Below, one piece after another: positions 1 through 10,719 of a stretch of 64,000 bases of DNA (within the stretch, counting starts at the first letter, position 1; each line of letters opens with the position of its first letter). Source of the stretch: Lentisphaerota bacterium (GTDB taxonomy: Bacteria > Verrucomicrobiota > Lentisphaeria > Victivallales > Victivallaceae). Under the pieces are notes generated by a model. That model was not told the DNA's origin and did not search any database. It saw nothing but the letters and a program-made list of their open reading frames with translations. The position numbers and the translations under genes are program-made. The stretch is from NCBI GenBank assembly GCA_015061725.1, contig SUVX01000001.1:64940-128939 (forward strand), written 5' to 3'.

Positions 1-305
1 GCGGCGGAGGAATTCCCGAAAAGAGTCCTCTGTTGATGCAGATTTATGCGGATATCCTCAACCGCAAAATGCTGCTCCCCGCAAGCCGGGAAACCTGCGC
101 CCTCGGAGCCGCCCTCTGCGGTGCCGCCGCCGGGAAAGCGGTCAAATCAATTGAAGAGGGACAGAAAATCATGTGCCGCTTCAAAGAATTAAGCTATTCT
201 CCCGACACAAAAAATCAGGCAGTTTACGATATTCTCTACCGCAAATACTGCCTGATTTCTAAAGAATTTGCCGTCGGCAACTTAGCTGAAATAATGAATT
301 CCTGA
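1..305 (+). CDS. araB: 3' end of FGGY-family sugar kinase, ribulokinase-like (5' end lies outside the window)
   Basis: The frame is open from the window edge (codons phase from nt 3). GGGIPEKSPLLMQIYADILNRKMLLPASRETCALGAALCGAAAGK matches the conserved C-terminal block of ribulokinase/FGGY kinases. Stop at 303-305. Confidence 0.7.
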   Translation, partial: GGGIPEKSPLLMQIYADILNRKMLLPASRETCALGAALCGAAAGKAVKSIEEGQKIMCRFKELSYSPDTKNQAVYDILYRKYCLISKEFAVGNLAEIMNS

Positions 306-310
306 CCCTG

Positions 311-1189
311 TCAGGCTTTTATTGCAACCGCAGAAGAGCCTTCTTCAACGACAAGTACAGGAGATTTCACTTCTATACGCTTGCCGTTTTTGCGGTTTTC
401 ATCAGCTTGAGAAATGGCCTTTTTGACCATTTCAGCCATAAGACTGATGCCTTTTTCGACATTTTCGACACCGCGTTCAGCAGTGGCAAGTTCAGGATAT
501 CCCATCACGCCGACTTTGATTTCAGGACGTTGACGGGTGGTCGGAATCTCCTGCGGTTGTCCGCTCAAAGAGGTGCAGAGTTGATAAGCATCCTGATCGT
601 GCCTCATTCTCTCGGCAAGAGCCGGTTCGTCCATTTCCAACTGATCCAGCTGAACCAGCTCTTTTCTGTAAGCAAGCATGAGAGATGTTTCTGCATCTCC
701 GGCATGAAAATCATACCCGCTGACACCCGGTTCTGCCGGACGTCGCCAATGATCGCCCCGACGCAGAATCATAATCATAACATGTTCCAGTGAGTTATTC
801 AGCCACTTGAGGATACGCAATGCCTCTTTTAACTGAGCAAGACTTTCTGAACCGCCATGTCCGGGATAGATGAGAATGTTTTCGAACCCCTGAGATGCCA
901 GAGACTCCACAATATCGCACATCATGGCACAGAATGTCGTTGGACGAACATTGATCGTACCGGGAAGTTGTCCGCCGGAAAAACAGTAATTCAACGGAGG
1001 AGCCACGATACAGTCAAGCTTTTCAGCCAGACAATACGACTGCACTTCGGCATTATGAATATCCATACTTACCGGCAAATGATAACCGTGCTGTTCAACA
1101 ACACCATAAGGCACAATAATCGTTTTATTGCTCTTCAAATATTCGCGGATTTCTTTGACGGTCATTTCTCCCATTGCATGAGTACGCAT
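311..1189 (-). CDS. creatininase (creatinine amidohydrolase) family protein
   Basis: 292-aa ORF. The N-terminus TIIVPYGVVEQHGYHLPVSMD and the later PGHGG motif are typical of the creatininase fold. A GGAG Shine-Dalgarno sits 6 nt upstream of the ATG at 1189. Confidence 0.8.
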   Translation of the reverse strand: MRTHAMGEMTVKEIREYLKSNKTIIVPYGVVEQHGYHLPVSMDIHNAEVQSYCLAEKLDCIVAPPLNYCFSGGQLPGTINVRPTTFCAMMCDIVESLASQGFENILIYPGHGGSESLAQLKEALRILKWLNNSLEHVMIMILRRGDHWRRPAEPGVSGYDFHAGDAETSLMLAYRKELVQLDQLEMDEPALAERMRHDQDAYQLCTSLSGQPQEIPTTRQRPEIKVGVMGYPELATAERGVENVEKGISLMAEMVKKAISQADENRKNGKRIEVKSPVLVVEEGSSAVAIKA

Positions 1190-1208
1190 AAAAAACTCCT
1201 TTTTCTAA

Positions 1209-1880
1209 TCAACTGAAAAGATTGGATGCAATTTTAGCATCAGTAATTTTTTTAATTTTATCATCGGAGAATACCGTTTCCAGCGTTCCGCCGACACTTT
1301 TAACTGCCATTTGGTATTGGGTGAAAACTTGTTCTTTTTTCAGCCAGGATTTCCGGGAAACAACATCATCCAGAGCCTGCACAACGTCGGCGGCGATTCC
1401 GGAATAAAAACGGTTCAGCAAATCACAGGAGCCGGAACTTTCTCTGCGGCAATCGTGATAGCGCATCATGGCGTTGATATGCAGAACTTCAGTTCTCGGA
1501 TAATGGGAACACATCAGATTCCAGGGTTCGCCGTCGGGCAGCGTGTGATCTCCGCTGTCGCGGAAATCCGTTCTTAAAAGAACAGCAGGCATATCCACCA
1601 TCTTGGCAAAACAGAATTCAACGACCGTTCCGGAATCCAGATCAGTTCCGTCAAAGTTGGCAACGATGACATCGCAGTTGTAAAGCAGTTCAAAATCTGC
1701 ATCACGGATGCTTTGAGAGGTGCGTTCAAGCACCTCACATTCACCGTTTTGCGGCAGCATGACCTGATAACGTCCTCCGGAATATTCTTCAATTTTTCCG
1801 GCAAGAAGCAGGTTTCCGCCGAGATCCTTGGCATCAAACAAGTCGCCTGCAAAATAGATTTTAAGCGTTCCGGTATCCAT
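1209..1880 (-). CDS. nucleoside 2-deoxyribosyltransferase-like protein
   Basis: The N-terminus KIYFAGDLFDAKDLGGN and the later DSGTVVEF are typical of the Nuc_deoxyrib_tr fold. The ORF-track start at 1886 is GTG; I prefer the ATG at 1880. Confidence 0.6.
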   Translation of the reverse strand: MDTGTLKIYFAGDLFDAKDLGGNLLLAGKIEEYSGGRYQVMLPQNGECEVLERTSQSIRDADFELLYNCDVIVANFDGTDLDSGTVVEFCFAKMVDMPAVLLRTDFRDSGDHTLPDGEPWNLMCSHYPRTEVLHINAMMRYHDCRRESSGSCDLLNRFYSGIAADVVQALDDVVSRKSWLKKEQVFTQYQMAVKSVGGTLETVFSDDKIKKITDAKIASNLFS

Positions 1881-1892
1881 ATTCACGCCCCG

Positions 1893-4043
1893 TCACATCA
1901 GAAAACTGGTTCCTATTTTCAAAAACAAGCCCGCCTGATAGACAATGAATGTGGTCACATAGGCAAGACAGAACAAGCCCGCGCCCTCACAAATTGTCAT
2001 TTTCCAGGAATTCAATTCTCTCCGGGTGATGGCAAGAGTTGCCAGGCAGGGAATGGAAAGCAGACAGAACAGCATGATACAGAATCCCTGAAGCGGCGTA
2101 TAATTTTGCACAAGATGCCGCCTGAGCGGAACTGAATTTTCATCCGTTTCACCCTCAGCATACAAAATGCCCAGCTGGGTGACAAAAATTTCTTTTGCCG
2201 CCAGCGCAGCAATACAGGCTGTCGTAACTTTCCAGTCAAATCCGATCGGGCGGAACACCGGTTCAAGCGCACGTCCGATTCTGCCCGAAAGCGTGTATGC
2301 CATCAACTCCGCCTGACGGGCATTTTCCAGAGAGGAAACTTTTTCTTCTATTATTTCTTTGCTCTCTTTGCTGTTTTGAATTTGAGTGATTTTTGCTTCA
2401 TAATCCTGTGAAAAATTCTTTTTGACAGGGAACGTATTGCAGATAAAGAGGATGATACTCGTCAGCAGAATAATCGTTCCGGCTTTGTGCAGATACATTC
2501 TGCCCCGGTCCCACATGTGAAGCATAAGACTTTTTACCGTCGGCAGACGATAGGGCGGCAGTTCCATCAGGTAAACCTCGCCCTCGCCTTTGAACAGAGT
2601 GTTTTTCATCAATTTTGCCGCAACAAGGGCAAAAATAACACCGATAAGATAAATACTCCACATGACCGTTGCCTGATACTTCTGAGCAAAAAACGCAGGA
2701 ATAATCAGGGCATAAATCGGCAAACGCGCTCCGCAGCTCATCAGCGGCAGAACCATAATCGTCACGGCACGGTCGCGGTAGGATTCAATCGTCCTTGTCG
2801 CCATGATTGCCGGAACAGTGCAGCCGAATCCCAGCACAAGCGGCACAAAGGAACGTCCCTGCAAGCCGAATTTGCGCATAATGCCATCCATGACAAATGC
2901 CGCCCGCGCCATGTAACCGGAGTCCTCTAAAATAGCGATGGCAAAGAAGAGAAACAGAATGTTCGGCAGAAAAACAATCACGCCGCCGACACCGGCAATA
3001 ATGCCGTCGGTAACGAGACTCCGCAAAAGCGGCAGTTGCTCAGGAGACCACAGGGATTTGATAAAATCCGCCAGCCAGCTGAAGAAACTTTCAATCCAGC
3101 CCATCAAGGGTTCCGCACAGGTGAATGTAAAATAAAAAGTCAGATAAATAATGAGCAGAAAGAGAGGAAGTCCCAGAAATTTATTGGTGACAACAATGTC
3201 GATCTTATCAGAAATTTCACGGCGTCTTTCCTGAGTCATTGAAATCGCATCGCGGCAGGCACCGGCAAGCATGGCGTAACGGCAGTCTGCCATAAAGGTA
3301 TCGGCATTGATGGCGTGTTTATCCCACAGGTGCTTAATCTGCTCTTCAACTTCTCCGTGGACACATTTAAACTCAGGAATATTCATGACACAGTTGTCAT
3401 GTTCAAGCAGTTTCACGGCAAAAAAGCGTGCAGGCACATGGGCGTAACGCGCACAGGAAACAGCATCAATTTTTTCAGAAACAGCATTGATGGCATCGTC
3501 GATATCCGCACCGTAAGTGAGCATCGGAACGCCGTGATCTTCAAGTTCAGTCAGCGTTTTTGCCAACCGGTCAAGCAGAGGACGGATGCCGCCGGAACGG
3601 CTGCCGACAGTTTGAACAACCGGAGAGCCGAAATATTTTTCCAGCTTGGCAATGTCAAATTTAAATCCTTTTTTCTTGGCATCATCACTCATATTGAATG
3701 CCAGAAACATGGGAATATGCAGTTCCGCCAGCTGCGTGGTCAGATAAAGACTGCGGCGGGGGATTGTTGAATCCACGACATTGAGAATCAAATCAATGCC
3801 GGGCTTGGTCAACTCCTGAAAAACGACCTCCTCTTCAGGGGAAGATGAAGAAAGAGAATAAACACCGGGCAGGTCAATCAGTTCAATTTCCATATCGCCC
3901 AGAGTAAAATGTCCGGATTTACTCTCAACAGTCACGCCGGGATAATTGCCGACGTGCTGTCTTGCTCCCGTCAGCATATTGAATATGCTGGTTTTTCCGC
4001 AGTTCGGATTACCGGCAAGAGCGATTCTGAAGTTTTTTTTCAT
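1893..4043 (-). CDS. feoB: ferrous iron transporter FeoB
   Basis: 716 aa. N-terminal G-domain (IALAGNPNCGKTSIFN, DLPGVYSL) followed by a polytopic membrane domain. The start overlaps the feoA stop. Confidence 0.95.
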   Translation of the reverse strand: MKKNFRIALAGNPNCGKTSIFNMLTGARQHVGNYPGVTVESKSGHFTLGDMEIELIDLPGVYSLSSSSPEEEVVFQELTKPGIDLILNVVDSTIPRRSLYLTTQLAELHIPMFLAFNMSDDAKKKGFKFDIAKLEKYFGSPVVQTVGSRSGGIRPLLDRLAKTLTELEDHGVPMLTYGADIDDAINAVSEKIDAVSCARYAHVPARFFAVKLLEHDNCVMNIPEFKCVHGEVEEQIKHLWDKHAINADTFMADCRYAMLAGACRDAISMTQERRREISDKIDIVVTNKFLGLPLFLLIIYLTFYFTFTCAEPLMGWIESFFSWLADFIKSLWSPEQLPLLRSLVTDGIIAGVGGVIVFLPNILFLFFAIAILEDSGYMARAAFVMDGIMRKFGLQGRSFVPLVLGFGCTVPAIMATRTIESYRDRAVTIMVLPLMSCGARLPIYALIIPAFFAQKYQATVMWSIYLIGVIFALVAAKLMKNTLFKGEGEVYLMELPPYRLPTVKSLMLHMWDRGRMYLHKAGTIILLTSIILFICNTFPVKKNFSQDYEAKITQIQNSKESKEIIEEKVSSLENARQAELMAYTLSGRIGRALEPVFRPIGFDWKVTTACIAALAAKEIFVTQLGILYAEGETDENSVPLRRHLVQNYTPLQGFCIMLFCLLSIPCLATLAITRRELNSWKMTICEGAGLFCLAYVTTFIVYQAGLFLKIGTSFLM

Positions 4044-4339
4044 TTATCGGACTCCCCCTCCGGCTGAATAACGATATTGGCGGCATCGTCCCGATGCAGA
4101 GCCATACTGGTTTCCATCACTTTTACGCGAATCAAACCGCCGAAAGGCGCATGAGCTTCAATTAAAAGTTCAGTACCGGCAACCAAACCGACATCGGCAA
4201 ATTTTTTCCGTCCCCGGGTTCCGGGCAAAACTTTGACAATGGTTGCAGTGGTTCCGACCGGCAGTTCAGCCAAAGTCAATTCGCTGTTCTTTTCTGTATT
4301 GCCTTCCGCAGCGGAGGCTTTTTTGGATAAATCTCCCAT
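4040..4339 (-). CDS. feoA: FeoA-family ferrous iron transport protein
   Basis: 99 aa with an SH3-like FeoA core (LAELPVGTTATIVKV...GLVAGTELLIEAHAPFGGLIRVKV). Located immediately upstream of, and overlapping, feoB. Confidence 0.85.
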   Translation of the reverse strand: MGDLSKKASAAEGNTEKNSELTLAELPVGTTATIVKVLPGTRGRKKFADVGLVAGTELLIEAHAPFGGLIRVKVMETSMALHRDDAANIVIQPEGESDK

Positions 4340-4567
4340 ATGATCCCTCGTTTTTTTAGTCTTGCCTAACTTTTCAGATAAAAAGACAAAACTTTTTTCT
4401 TATTGTACTTTTTTATAATATACCTTTACTTTGCCCGTTTTTCAATTTAGCCTCAACTAATTTTTTTATTTTTTTACATACTTTTCCGTTATTGAAAAAA
4501 CATATTTCCATGATATAGTATAAAAGAGACACCCTCTCAATCAAAATTAACGAAAGGTTTACAAAAA

Positions 4568-5728
4568 ATGGACTGCCTTGAAAATTTGACGGCACACATC
4601 GGAGGCATCAAAAAACGACTGCGATGTCTCTCTGATGCAATCTGGAACAACCCCGAACTGGCTTACAAAGAATTCTTCGCTGTTGAACAAGCTGTGGAAT
4701 TTCTGAAAGAACAGAACTTTACTCCTGAAACAAATTACGGCGGCATAGCAACCGCATTCAAGGCAGAGTACGGAACCGGGAAACCGACTTTTGCCATCTT
4801 TGCTGAATTTGATGCTCTTCCCGACGTCGGCCACGGCTGCGGTCACAATCTCATCTGCGCTTCTGCCCTTGCGGCATTCTGTGCAGCCGCAAAAATCCTC
4901 TCTGAAAACAATCTCCCCGGAAAAATCATTCTGCTCGGCTCCCCGGCAGAAGAATCCGGCGGCGGAAAAATAAAAATGATAAACAAGGGCTGTCTTGACG
5001 GTGTGGATGCCGCCATGATGGTTCACCCCTCCTACCGGGCCACCCCGGATACCGGCTCAAGTGCCATCACCCGCTTTGATGTGATTTTTCACGGGAAAGC
5101 CTCTCATGCAGCCGGGGCTCCGGAACTGGGAATCAACGCTCTGGCAGCCGTCAATCTGCTTTTTGCCGGAGTCAACGCCTACCGCGAACAGCTCCCTGAA
5201 GACTCCAGAATGCACGGAATCATTACCGACGGCGGTGAAGCACCGAACATCACCCCTGCCAGGGCGGCGTGCCGTTTCTTCCTGCGCTCCACCAGTCAGG
5301 AATGGATCGAAAAAATGGAAAAACGCTTCAAAGATATCGTTCACGGTGCTGAACTGATGACCGGGGCAACGGCAGAAATAATCCCATTCAATATTCCTTA
5401 TATGGCAAGAAAACCCAATGCGGCACTCAATAAACTTTACATTGAAAGTATTTCCCGATTGGGCATGAATTACGTTCTCCCCGCACGGGGCGGCAGAGGG
5501 TCTTCGGATTTTGGAAATGTCTCCCAAAGTGTTCCGGGAATCCATCCTTACTTTCCTGTAACCGATCATGAGATCGCCTGTCATTCAGACGCATTCAGAA
5601 TTGCCAGCGGCAGTGATTTTGCGTTTGACAACGCCATGACCGCCGCTGCGGCAATGGCCAATATCGCTATTCAGTATCTGACCGACAGCTCTTTCAAAGA
5701 GAAGGTGGATGCTGACTTCAAACGTTAA
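4568..5728 (+). CDS. M20-family metallopeptidase / amidohydrolase (M20D, AbgA-like)
   Basis: 386 aa. Contains AEFDALPDVGHGCGHNL and GSPAEESGGGK metal-binding blocks typical of M20D amidohydrolases. Confidence 0.8.
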   Translation: MDCLENLTAHIGGIKKRLRCLSDAIWNNPELAYKEFFAVEQAVEFLKEQNFTPETNYGGIATAFKAEYGTGKPTFAIFAEFDALPDVGHGCGHNLICASALAAFCAAAKILSENNLPGKIILLGSPAEESGGGKIKMINKGCLDGVDAAMMVHPSYRATPDTGSSAITRFDVIFHGKASHAAGAPELGINALAAVNLLFAGVNAYREQLPEDSRMHGIITDGGEAPNITPARAACRFFLRSTSQEWIEKMEKRFKDIVHGAELMTGATAEIIPFNIPYMARKPNAALNKLYIESISRLGMNYVLPARGGRGSSDFGNVSQSVPGIHPYFPVTDHEIACHSDAFRIASGSDFAFDNAMTAAAAMANIAIQYLTDSSFKEKVDADFKR

Positions 5729-5745
5729 AAAAAAGTATTTTCCCT

Positions 5746-5784
5746 GCCCTGCTCCGTATAAAACATGGAACAGGGCTTTTTTTT
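5746..5784 (+). terminator. rho-independent terminator after the M20 gene (sits between convergent genes)
   Basis: Hairpin CCCTGCTCC-(11 nt)-GGAACAGGG followed by T8, 18 nt after the stop at 5728. Confidence 0.7.
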
Positions 5785-5799
5785 ATGCTTGCAAATGAT

Positions 5800-8700
5800 T
5801 TATCTGATTCGGAATGCTCTTCTGACGGCATCAGCCATTTCTGCGGGGTGTCTTCTTCTCAAAGACTCGAACTCCACAGCAAAAGCACTCCAGTCTGCGG
5901 GAATCAGAACGGGTTTTCCGCCGTTGAGGGCGACGGCTTTGCGCGCAGAACCAAGCATCGCAGGATATTCTTTTCCGGCAAGCTGGATCATCGCAGTCAA
6001 AAGCGTTCCGAGCGCTGTTGTTCTGTTAAAAGTCAACAGTTCAAGCGCTTGAGAGGAATTACCGTTTTTATAGAGAGCAAATGCCTGACGGATCAGATAG
6101 CGTTCTTTATCTCTGCCAAGTTCAACCAACTGTTTGTAATACCATCCGGCAGTTTTCCAATCACCGTTTTTCTCAGCTTCTCTTGCGGCATTGGCGAGGA
6201 ATCCTGAAACCTCACGGCGTTCATCCAGACGGCTGCCGAGTTTGGGTTCAAGATCAATATCCGGCGCAGCACCGGCAACTCTGGCGGATTCATAAATCCG
6301 TGCCGCCTCATCCAGACGGCGGACATCAGACTCAACCAGGAATTTTGCAAACTCGATCCGTGGCGCAAATGCATCAGCAGGGGCTTTACGGATGGCCATT
6401 TTCATACGAATTTCTGCCTGTTTTTTATCTCCGGAACCGGCAAGGGCTTTACCAAGAAGCATCTGAACAAGATAATCATCTCCTCTGCGTTGAGCAAGGG
6501 GGACCAAAACAGCCAACGCATTTCCATACCGTTTAAGTCCGATATACGCGCGCGCAGCGGCACAAGCCAGTTCAACATTACCGGGATCGACAGCCCGGGC
6601 ATTGGACAACAACTCAACAGCTCTCTGATAATTAGCCCGTTCCAGCATAATATTGCCCAATCTGCCGGAGGCTTGAGCGTTATTCCGTTCAATTTTCAAA
6701 GCCTGTTCATAATTCCAGATGGCAAGTTCAACACTGCCGTCAGCTTCTGCGATCTTACCGGAAGCAATAAAATCTCCGGGTTTTCCCGTCGGACGGGTGG
6801 AAATCATATCCAACTGATCTCTCAAACGGTCTTCTGCCGTCGGGCGGGCGGCAAGTTCGCTTTCAAGACGCTGACGGATTGCAGTCAATTCGTTGTTGTA
6901 TCTGGTCACACGGGCAAGTTCATTTTTGATCTGCTCAAACTCTGCAAGTTTAAGTTTCGCCTGTGCCAAATCTTTCTCAAGTCCTTTGGCATCCGCAAGT
7001 TGGGCAGTCAGGCGTTTCTGATTTTCAAGTTCCCGCTTCAAAGCATCAAAACGCAGAAGCTGAAGTTTGATATTTTCGTTTTCAGAACGCATACGCGCAA
7101 GTTCGATTTGCACATTGGAGTTTTCCTGTTTCTGGGCAAGAAACTGTTTTTTCAACTCAGCTGCCGCTGCCAACTGTCGTTGACTGCGGTCAAGTTCAGC
7201 CTGCTTTTCTGCGGAAGCAGTTTCAGCACGCAGCAGTTGTTTCTGAAGACGTTCCGCTGTCTCTGCCTGACTCTTTAAACGTAAGATTTCCAGTTTCACC
7301 AGAGCAAGCTGTTTCTTCGTTTCATCCAATTCAGCAAGACGGTCGTTCTGTTTTTTCAGCATGACATTTTCGGACTGGAGGTGTTTCACCTGAGCAGCCT
7401 CTCTGCGCAAGGAGGCAAGCTGTTCTTTTAAAACAGCACTTGATTTCAATTCTTTTTCCTGATCGCTCCGGGCTTTCTGCAAAGCTGCAGAATCAGCCTC
7501 AAGAACAGCAATTTTCTGTTTCAGGGCAAAAAGCTGTTTCTGATCAGCCGTCAGATTTCCGGAATTTTTATTGACTTCAGAAAGCCTTGTTATAACATCT
7601 TTTAAGCGGATCGTTTCAGCAGCTCTCAAACGCAATTGAGCATTTTCACCACGCAATGCTTTCAATTCCTGCTGAAGCAAACCAGTTTCTTTTTCAAGAC
7701 TGTTCAGGTTTTCAGACATGACACGCATTTTTTCTGAAATGCGTTTCAACTGCTGATATTCAACAGAGTCTTTCGATCCTGCAGACGTTTTAGAGGAACG
7801 CAAACTTTCAATTTCCGCCTCAAGACGGGGAATCTCGTTCAATTTGGACCGGATACGCGCCAGTTCCATTTCACGCAATGCCTTGTCTTTTGCCATTTCA
7901 TCAGCAGTCTTGCGGGCGCTTTCAAGTTCAGCAGTCAAAAGTTGAGTTCCCGTGGCAAGATTTCTGGCACGCGCCGCCTGCCGTTCTGCTTCGAGTTTTT
8001 CCATTTCAAGTTTGCGGATTCTCTGCTTGGAGTGATCCAGTTCCAGACGGACAGACTCAAAAGAGTTAAGTTTAGCCCTTGCCTGGACAAGTTCCGCTTC
8101 CAAATCTTTGGCACCTGCCAATTCACTGTTGAGTTTTTTCAACACCTCAATTTCTTTGATCAGCGGTTCCAGTTCTCCGATACGTTTGTTGGCATTGTTG
8201 AGCTGACTCCGCAGAATAATGGCATTGCCCCGTTCTTTTTCCAAACGGCGGTTGGACATTTTCAATTCTTCATTCAAACGCTGTTCACGGGAAAGCTGTC
8301 CTTTAAGCTGATCCAATTCAGCCAGGCGGAGTTTGATTTGAGCCAACTCTGCTTCACGAGGTTTGGCGGCTTCAACCAGAATTTTATTTTCTTTGTTTTC
8401 ATTCTGCAAAGCGGCAAAATCTTTTTTCAATTTGGCAAAATTCTTTTCAACACCCGCCAGTTTGCCGATGGCGGTCAGATGTTTTTTGCGGTCTTCCAAC
8501 AAACGGTCACGCTCCGCAACAACCACAGTATGATCACTTCTGATTTTGGTCAATTCTTCTTTCTGTTTTGTTTCACTCTGACGGAAAGAATCATTTTCTG
8601 CCCTCAAACGGATATTTTCACTTTGCAGAGAAGCAATTTTATCAGATAACGTTTTCCGTTCTTTTCTGGCAGTTGTCATATGCTGAAGATCAACACTCTC

Positions 8701-10719
8701 ACGGTTGCTCAAACGCTTCTCAAGCTGAGAAACCCGGTCAAGAGCATTTTTCAAATCCTGTTCCACTTCAACTTTAAGTTCTCTTGCCCGCTGTAATTCT
8801 CCGGCAGAAGCACCTGAAGAACGGCGTTCCCGTTCAAGATCAGCTTTAAGGGAAACGATTTCAGCACCGAGTTTATCTTTATCTGCTTTGTGCTGTGCAA
8901 CAGCTTTGAAGAAATCTTCATTCTGTTTTTTCAACGCTTCAAAATCAATATTTAAACGGGTGAAATCCCCCTCTTTCTTTTGAAGACGGTATTTCAAAGC
9001 TTTAAGTTCCTCATTCATTTTGCGGTTTTCATCCGCCAGAACAAGATTGGATGATGCCTTGCTCAGTTCCTGTTCTTTTTTATTCAATGCCTCTTGAAGA
9101 AGCTTGATTTTCGCTTCCCGGTCAGCGATAAGATCGGTATATTTGCTGTTCTGAGCCGTCAATACCGCAATATTTGTTTCGAGCAATCGTTTTGCCCGGG
9201 CAGCCGCCTCTCGTTCTTTTTTAATTTCGGCAATTCCGGAACCGGTAAGCGACATTTTCCTGGCATTGGTCAAATCTTTTTCAAGCTGCTGTTTTACGAG
9301 AATTATTTTTTTGTATTCATAGGTCAGAGAAAGTACTTTTTCTTCTGATTTTTTGCTTACTTCTCTTAAAGCTGCCAACTCTTTTTCCAGTGCGGCGACA
9401 CGCTGATCACGCGGAATATCCTGTTCTTTTTTCAAAATCTCCAATTCTTTTTTGAAACGTTTGCTTTCATCTTCGCGCTGACGGGCATTCAATTTTATCT
9501 GATTATCCTTTTCTTTCAATGCAAGATCAAGCGCAGCCAACTGCCGCTGCAGACGGACAACATTGGCTTTTTCAACGGAAAGTTTGCTTTCAAGAGATTT
9601 CAAATCATTTTTCTGAGCAGCAAAGTTCTTTTCCAAATCCAGTCTGGCGGCCTCAGCAACCTGAAGACGTATCAACTTGATTTTCAGTTGTTCCATATCA
9701 GCAAGAGTTTTATCAAGCCTTTCCTGTAAAGATTTCTGCACCTGCTGACTGCGGGCAATCTGCTGTTTAAGTTCTTTTTCCAAACGGGGATCTGTTTTTA
9801 CATTTTGTCCGGATTTGGATAATTTTTCTCTGACTTCCTTTAATTCCCGCGAAATATCAACCTTTTCCTTTTCAGCCTCAACCAGCAGTTTTCTGATTTG
9901 CGCAAGCTGCTGATTTTGATTTTGTTGTCTTTCTGCGGCGGCATTTCCGGCAGAACGCAAAGTCATGGTTTCTTTTGTCAAACGTGCAATTTCAGCCAAT
10001 TTTTCATTCAATTGTTTTTCGATGGTACGTCTGCGGGTATCAACAGTCTGATAACGAACTTCATCAACTTTACGGCGGCGTTCAAGCGTGGCGATCTGCT
10101 TACGCAGCTGTTCAGTCTGCATTTTTTCTTCCAATAACTGAGCCTTGAGTTCCTCAGTCTGCCGATCCGGCTGTCTGGAGGCAAGATCAAGGTCACGGTA
10201 ACGCCGTTCCAACAGTTTGTAACGCTCCCGGGCGACCCGTTGATCGCGCAAGAGCTGGGTAATTTCCATTTCATAATTGCGTTGAGCACTGGTACTCTGC
10301 CGCAATGCCGCAAGTTCCGCTTTTGCCTCGGTCAACTGCTTCCGGAGTTCTTCCATATCGCGGGCAACCTCTTTGGAGGCAGGACGCAATGCAGATGCAC
10401 CTGTTTCAGCCATCACTTCCTGAGTCGGTTCAGAATCTCCCAGCAGCCGCTTCATCCGGTCACACTCACGTTCACAATCGGCAATTCTCCGGGCAATGAC
10501 CCGCTGATTCCAATCCGGACGGGCGCGGCGGACACTGTTATAATGTTCAAGAGCCTCTTTAAAAGATTTCAATGCCTGAGTATATTCCCCCCTGTCCCGA
10601 CTGGCTTCACCCTGCTCAAAGCAGGTGTATCCCAAACGCCAGGCATCCCAGGGCGAAACATCAGCGTACAGAAAAAAGGCGCACACTGTCACCATAAAAA
10701 TCAATGTCAATTTTTTCAT
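5800..10719 (-). CDS. giant exported TPR / coiled-coil / TPR protein (1639 aa), function unknown
   Basis: N-terminal hydrophobic signal or anchor (MKKLTLIFMVTVCAFFLYA) and a short TPR-like segment. About 1100 aa of E/K/L/Q/R-rich heptad-like sequence follow, with a recurring AK.LE.EL.QA..KL..FE motif. The C-terminal ~400 aa are TPR-like. The ATG overlaps the hflX stop (ATGA). Confidence 0.8.
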   Translation of the reverse strand: MKKLTLIFMVTVCAFFLYADVSPWDAWRLGYTCFEQGEASRDRGEYTQALKSFKEALEHYNSVRRARPDWNQRVIARRIADCERECDRMKRLLGDSEPTQEVMAETGASALRPASKEVARDMEELRKQLTEAKAELAALRQSTSAQRNYEMEITQLLRDQRVARERYKLLERRYRDLDLASRQPDRQTEELKAQLLEEKMQTEQLRKQIATLERRRKVDEVRYQTVDTRRRTIEKQLNEKLAEIARLTKETMTLRSAGNAAAERQQNQNQQLAQIRKLLVEAEKEKVDISRELKEVREKLSKSGQNVKTDPRLEKELKQQIARSQQVQKSLQERLDKTLADMEQLKIKLIRLQVAEAARLDLEKNFAAQKNDLKSLESKLSVEKANVVRLQRQLAALDLALKEKDNQIKLNARQREDESKRFKKELEILKKEQDIPRDQRVAALEKELAALREVSKKSEEKVLSLTYEYKKIILVKQQLEKDLTNARKMSLTGSGIAEIKKEREAAARAKRLLETNIAVLTAQNSKYTDLIADREAKIKLLQEALNKKEQELSKASSNLVLADENRKMNEELKALKYRLQKKEGDFTRLNIDFEALKKQNEDFFKAVAQHKADKDKLGAEIVSLKADLERERRSSGASAGELQRARELKVEVEQDLKNALDRVSQLEKRLSNRESVDLQHMTTARKERKTLSDKIASLQSENIRLRAENDSFRQSETKQKEELTKIRSDHTVVVAERDRLLEDRKKHLTAIGKLAGVEKNFAKLKKDFAALQNENKENKILVEAAKPREAELAQIKLRLAELDQLKGQLSREQRLNEELKMSNRRLEKERGNAIILRSQLNNANKRIGELEPLIKEIEVLKKLNSELAGAKDLEAELVQARAKLNSFESVRLELDHSKQRIRKLEMEKLEAERQAARARNLATGTQLLTAELESARKTADEMAKDKALREMELARIRSKLNEIPRLEAEIESLRSSKTSAGSKDSVEYQQLKRISEKMRVMSENLNSLEKETGLLQQELKALRGENAQLRLRAAETIRLKDVITRLSEVNKNSGNLTADQKQLFALKQKIAVLEADSAALQKARSDQEKELKSSAVLKEQLASLRREAAQVKHLQSENVMLKKQNDRLAELDETKKQLALVKLEILRLKSQAETAERLQKQLLRAETASAEKQAELDRSQRQLAAAAELKKQFLAQKQENSNVQIELARMRSENENIKLQLLRFDALKRELENQKRLTAQLADAKGLEKDLAQAKLKLAEFEQIKNELARVTRYNNELTAIRQRLESELAARPTAEDRLRDQLDMISTRPTGKPGDFIASGKIAEADGSVELAIWNYEQALKIERNNAQASGRLGNIMLERANYQRAVELLSNARAVDPGNVELACAAARAYIGLKRYGNALAVLVPLAQRRGDDYLVQMLLGKALAGSGDKKQAEIRMKMAIRKAPADAFAPRIEFAKFLVESDVRRLDEAARIYESARVAGAAPDIDLEPKLGSRLDERREVSGFLANAAREAEKNGDWKTAGWYYKQLVELGRDKERYLIRQAFALYKNGNSSQALELLTFNRTTALGTLLTAMIQLAGKEYPAMLGSARKAVALNGGKPVLIPADWSAFAVEFESLRRRHPAEMADAVRRAFRIR

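Noticed and set aside
4340-4567. Fur box / iron-responsive operator upstream of feoAB
   Set aside because: The region is AT-rich with plausible promoters (e.g. TTGAAA-N16-TATAGT for the plus-strand M20 gene). I could not find a convincing match to the 19-bp GATAATGATAATCATTATC consensus by eye, so this needs a PWM scan.
6490-8649. Long plus-strand ORFs (262 aa at 6490-7278 and 235 aa at 7942-8649) inside the giant coiled-coil gene
   Set aside because: They are antisense to a continuous 1639-aa ORF. Their F/L/S/K-rich low-complexity translations are the mirror image of the E/K/L codon bias of the coiled coil. They have no Shine-Dalgarno and no recognisable motifs.
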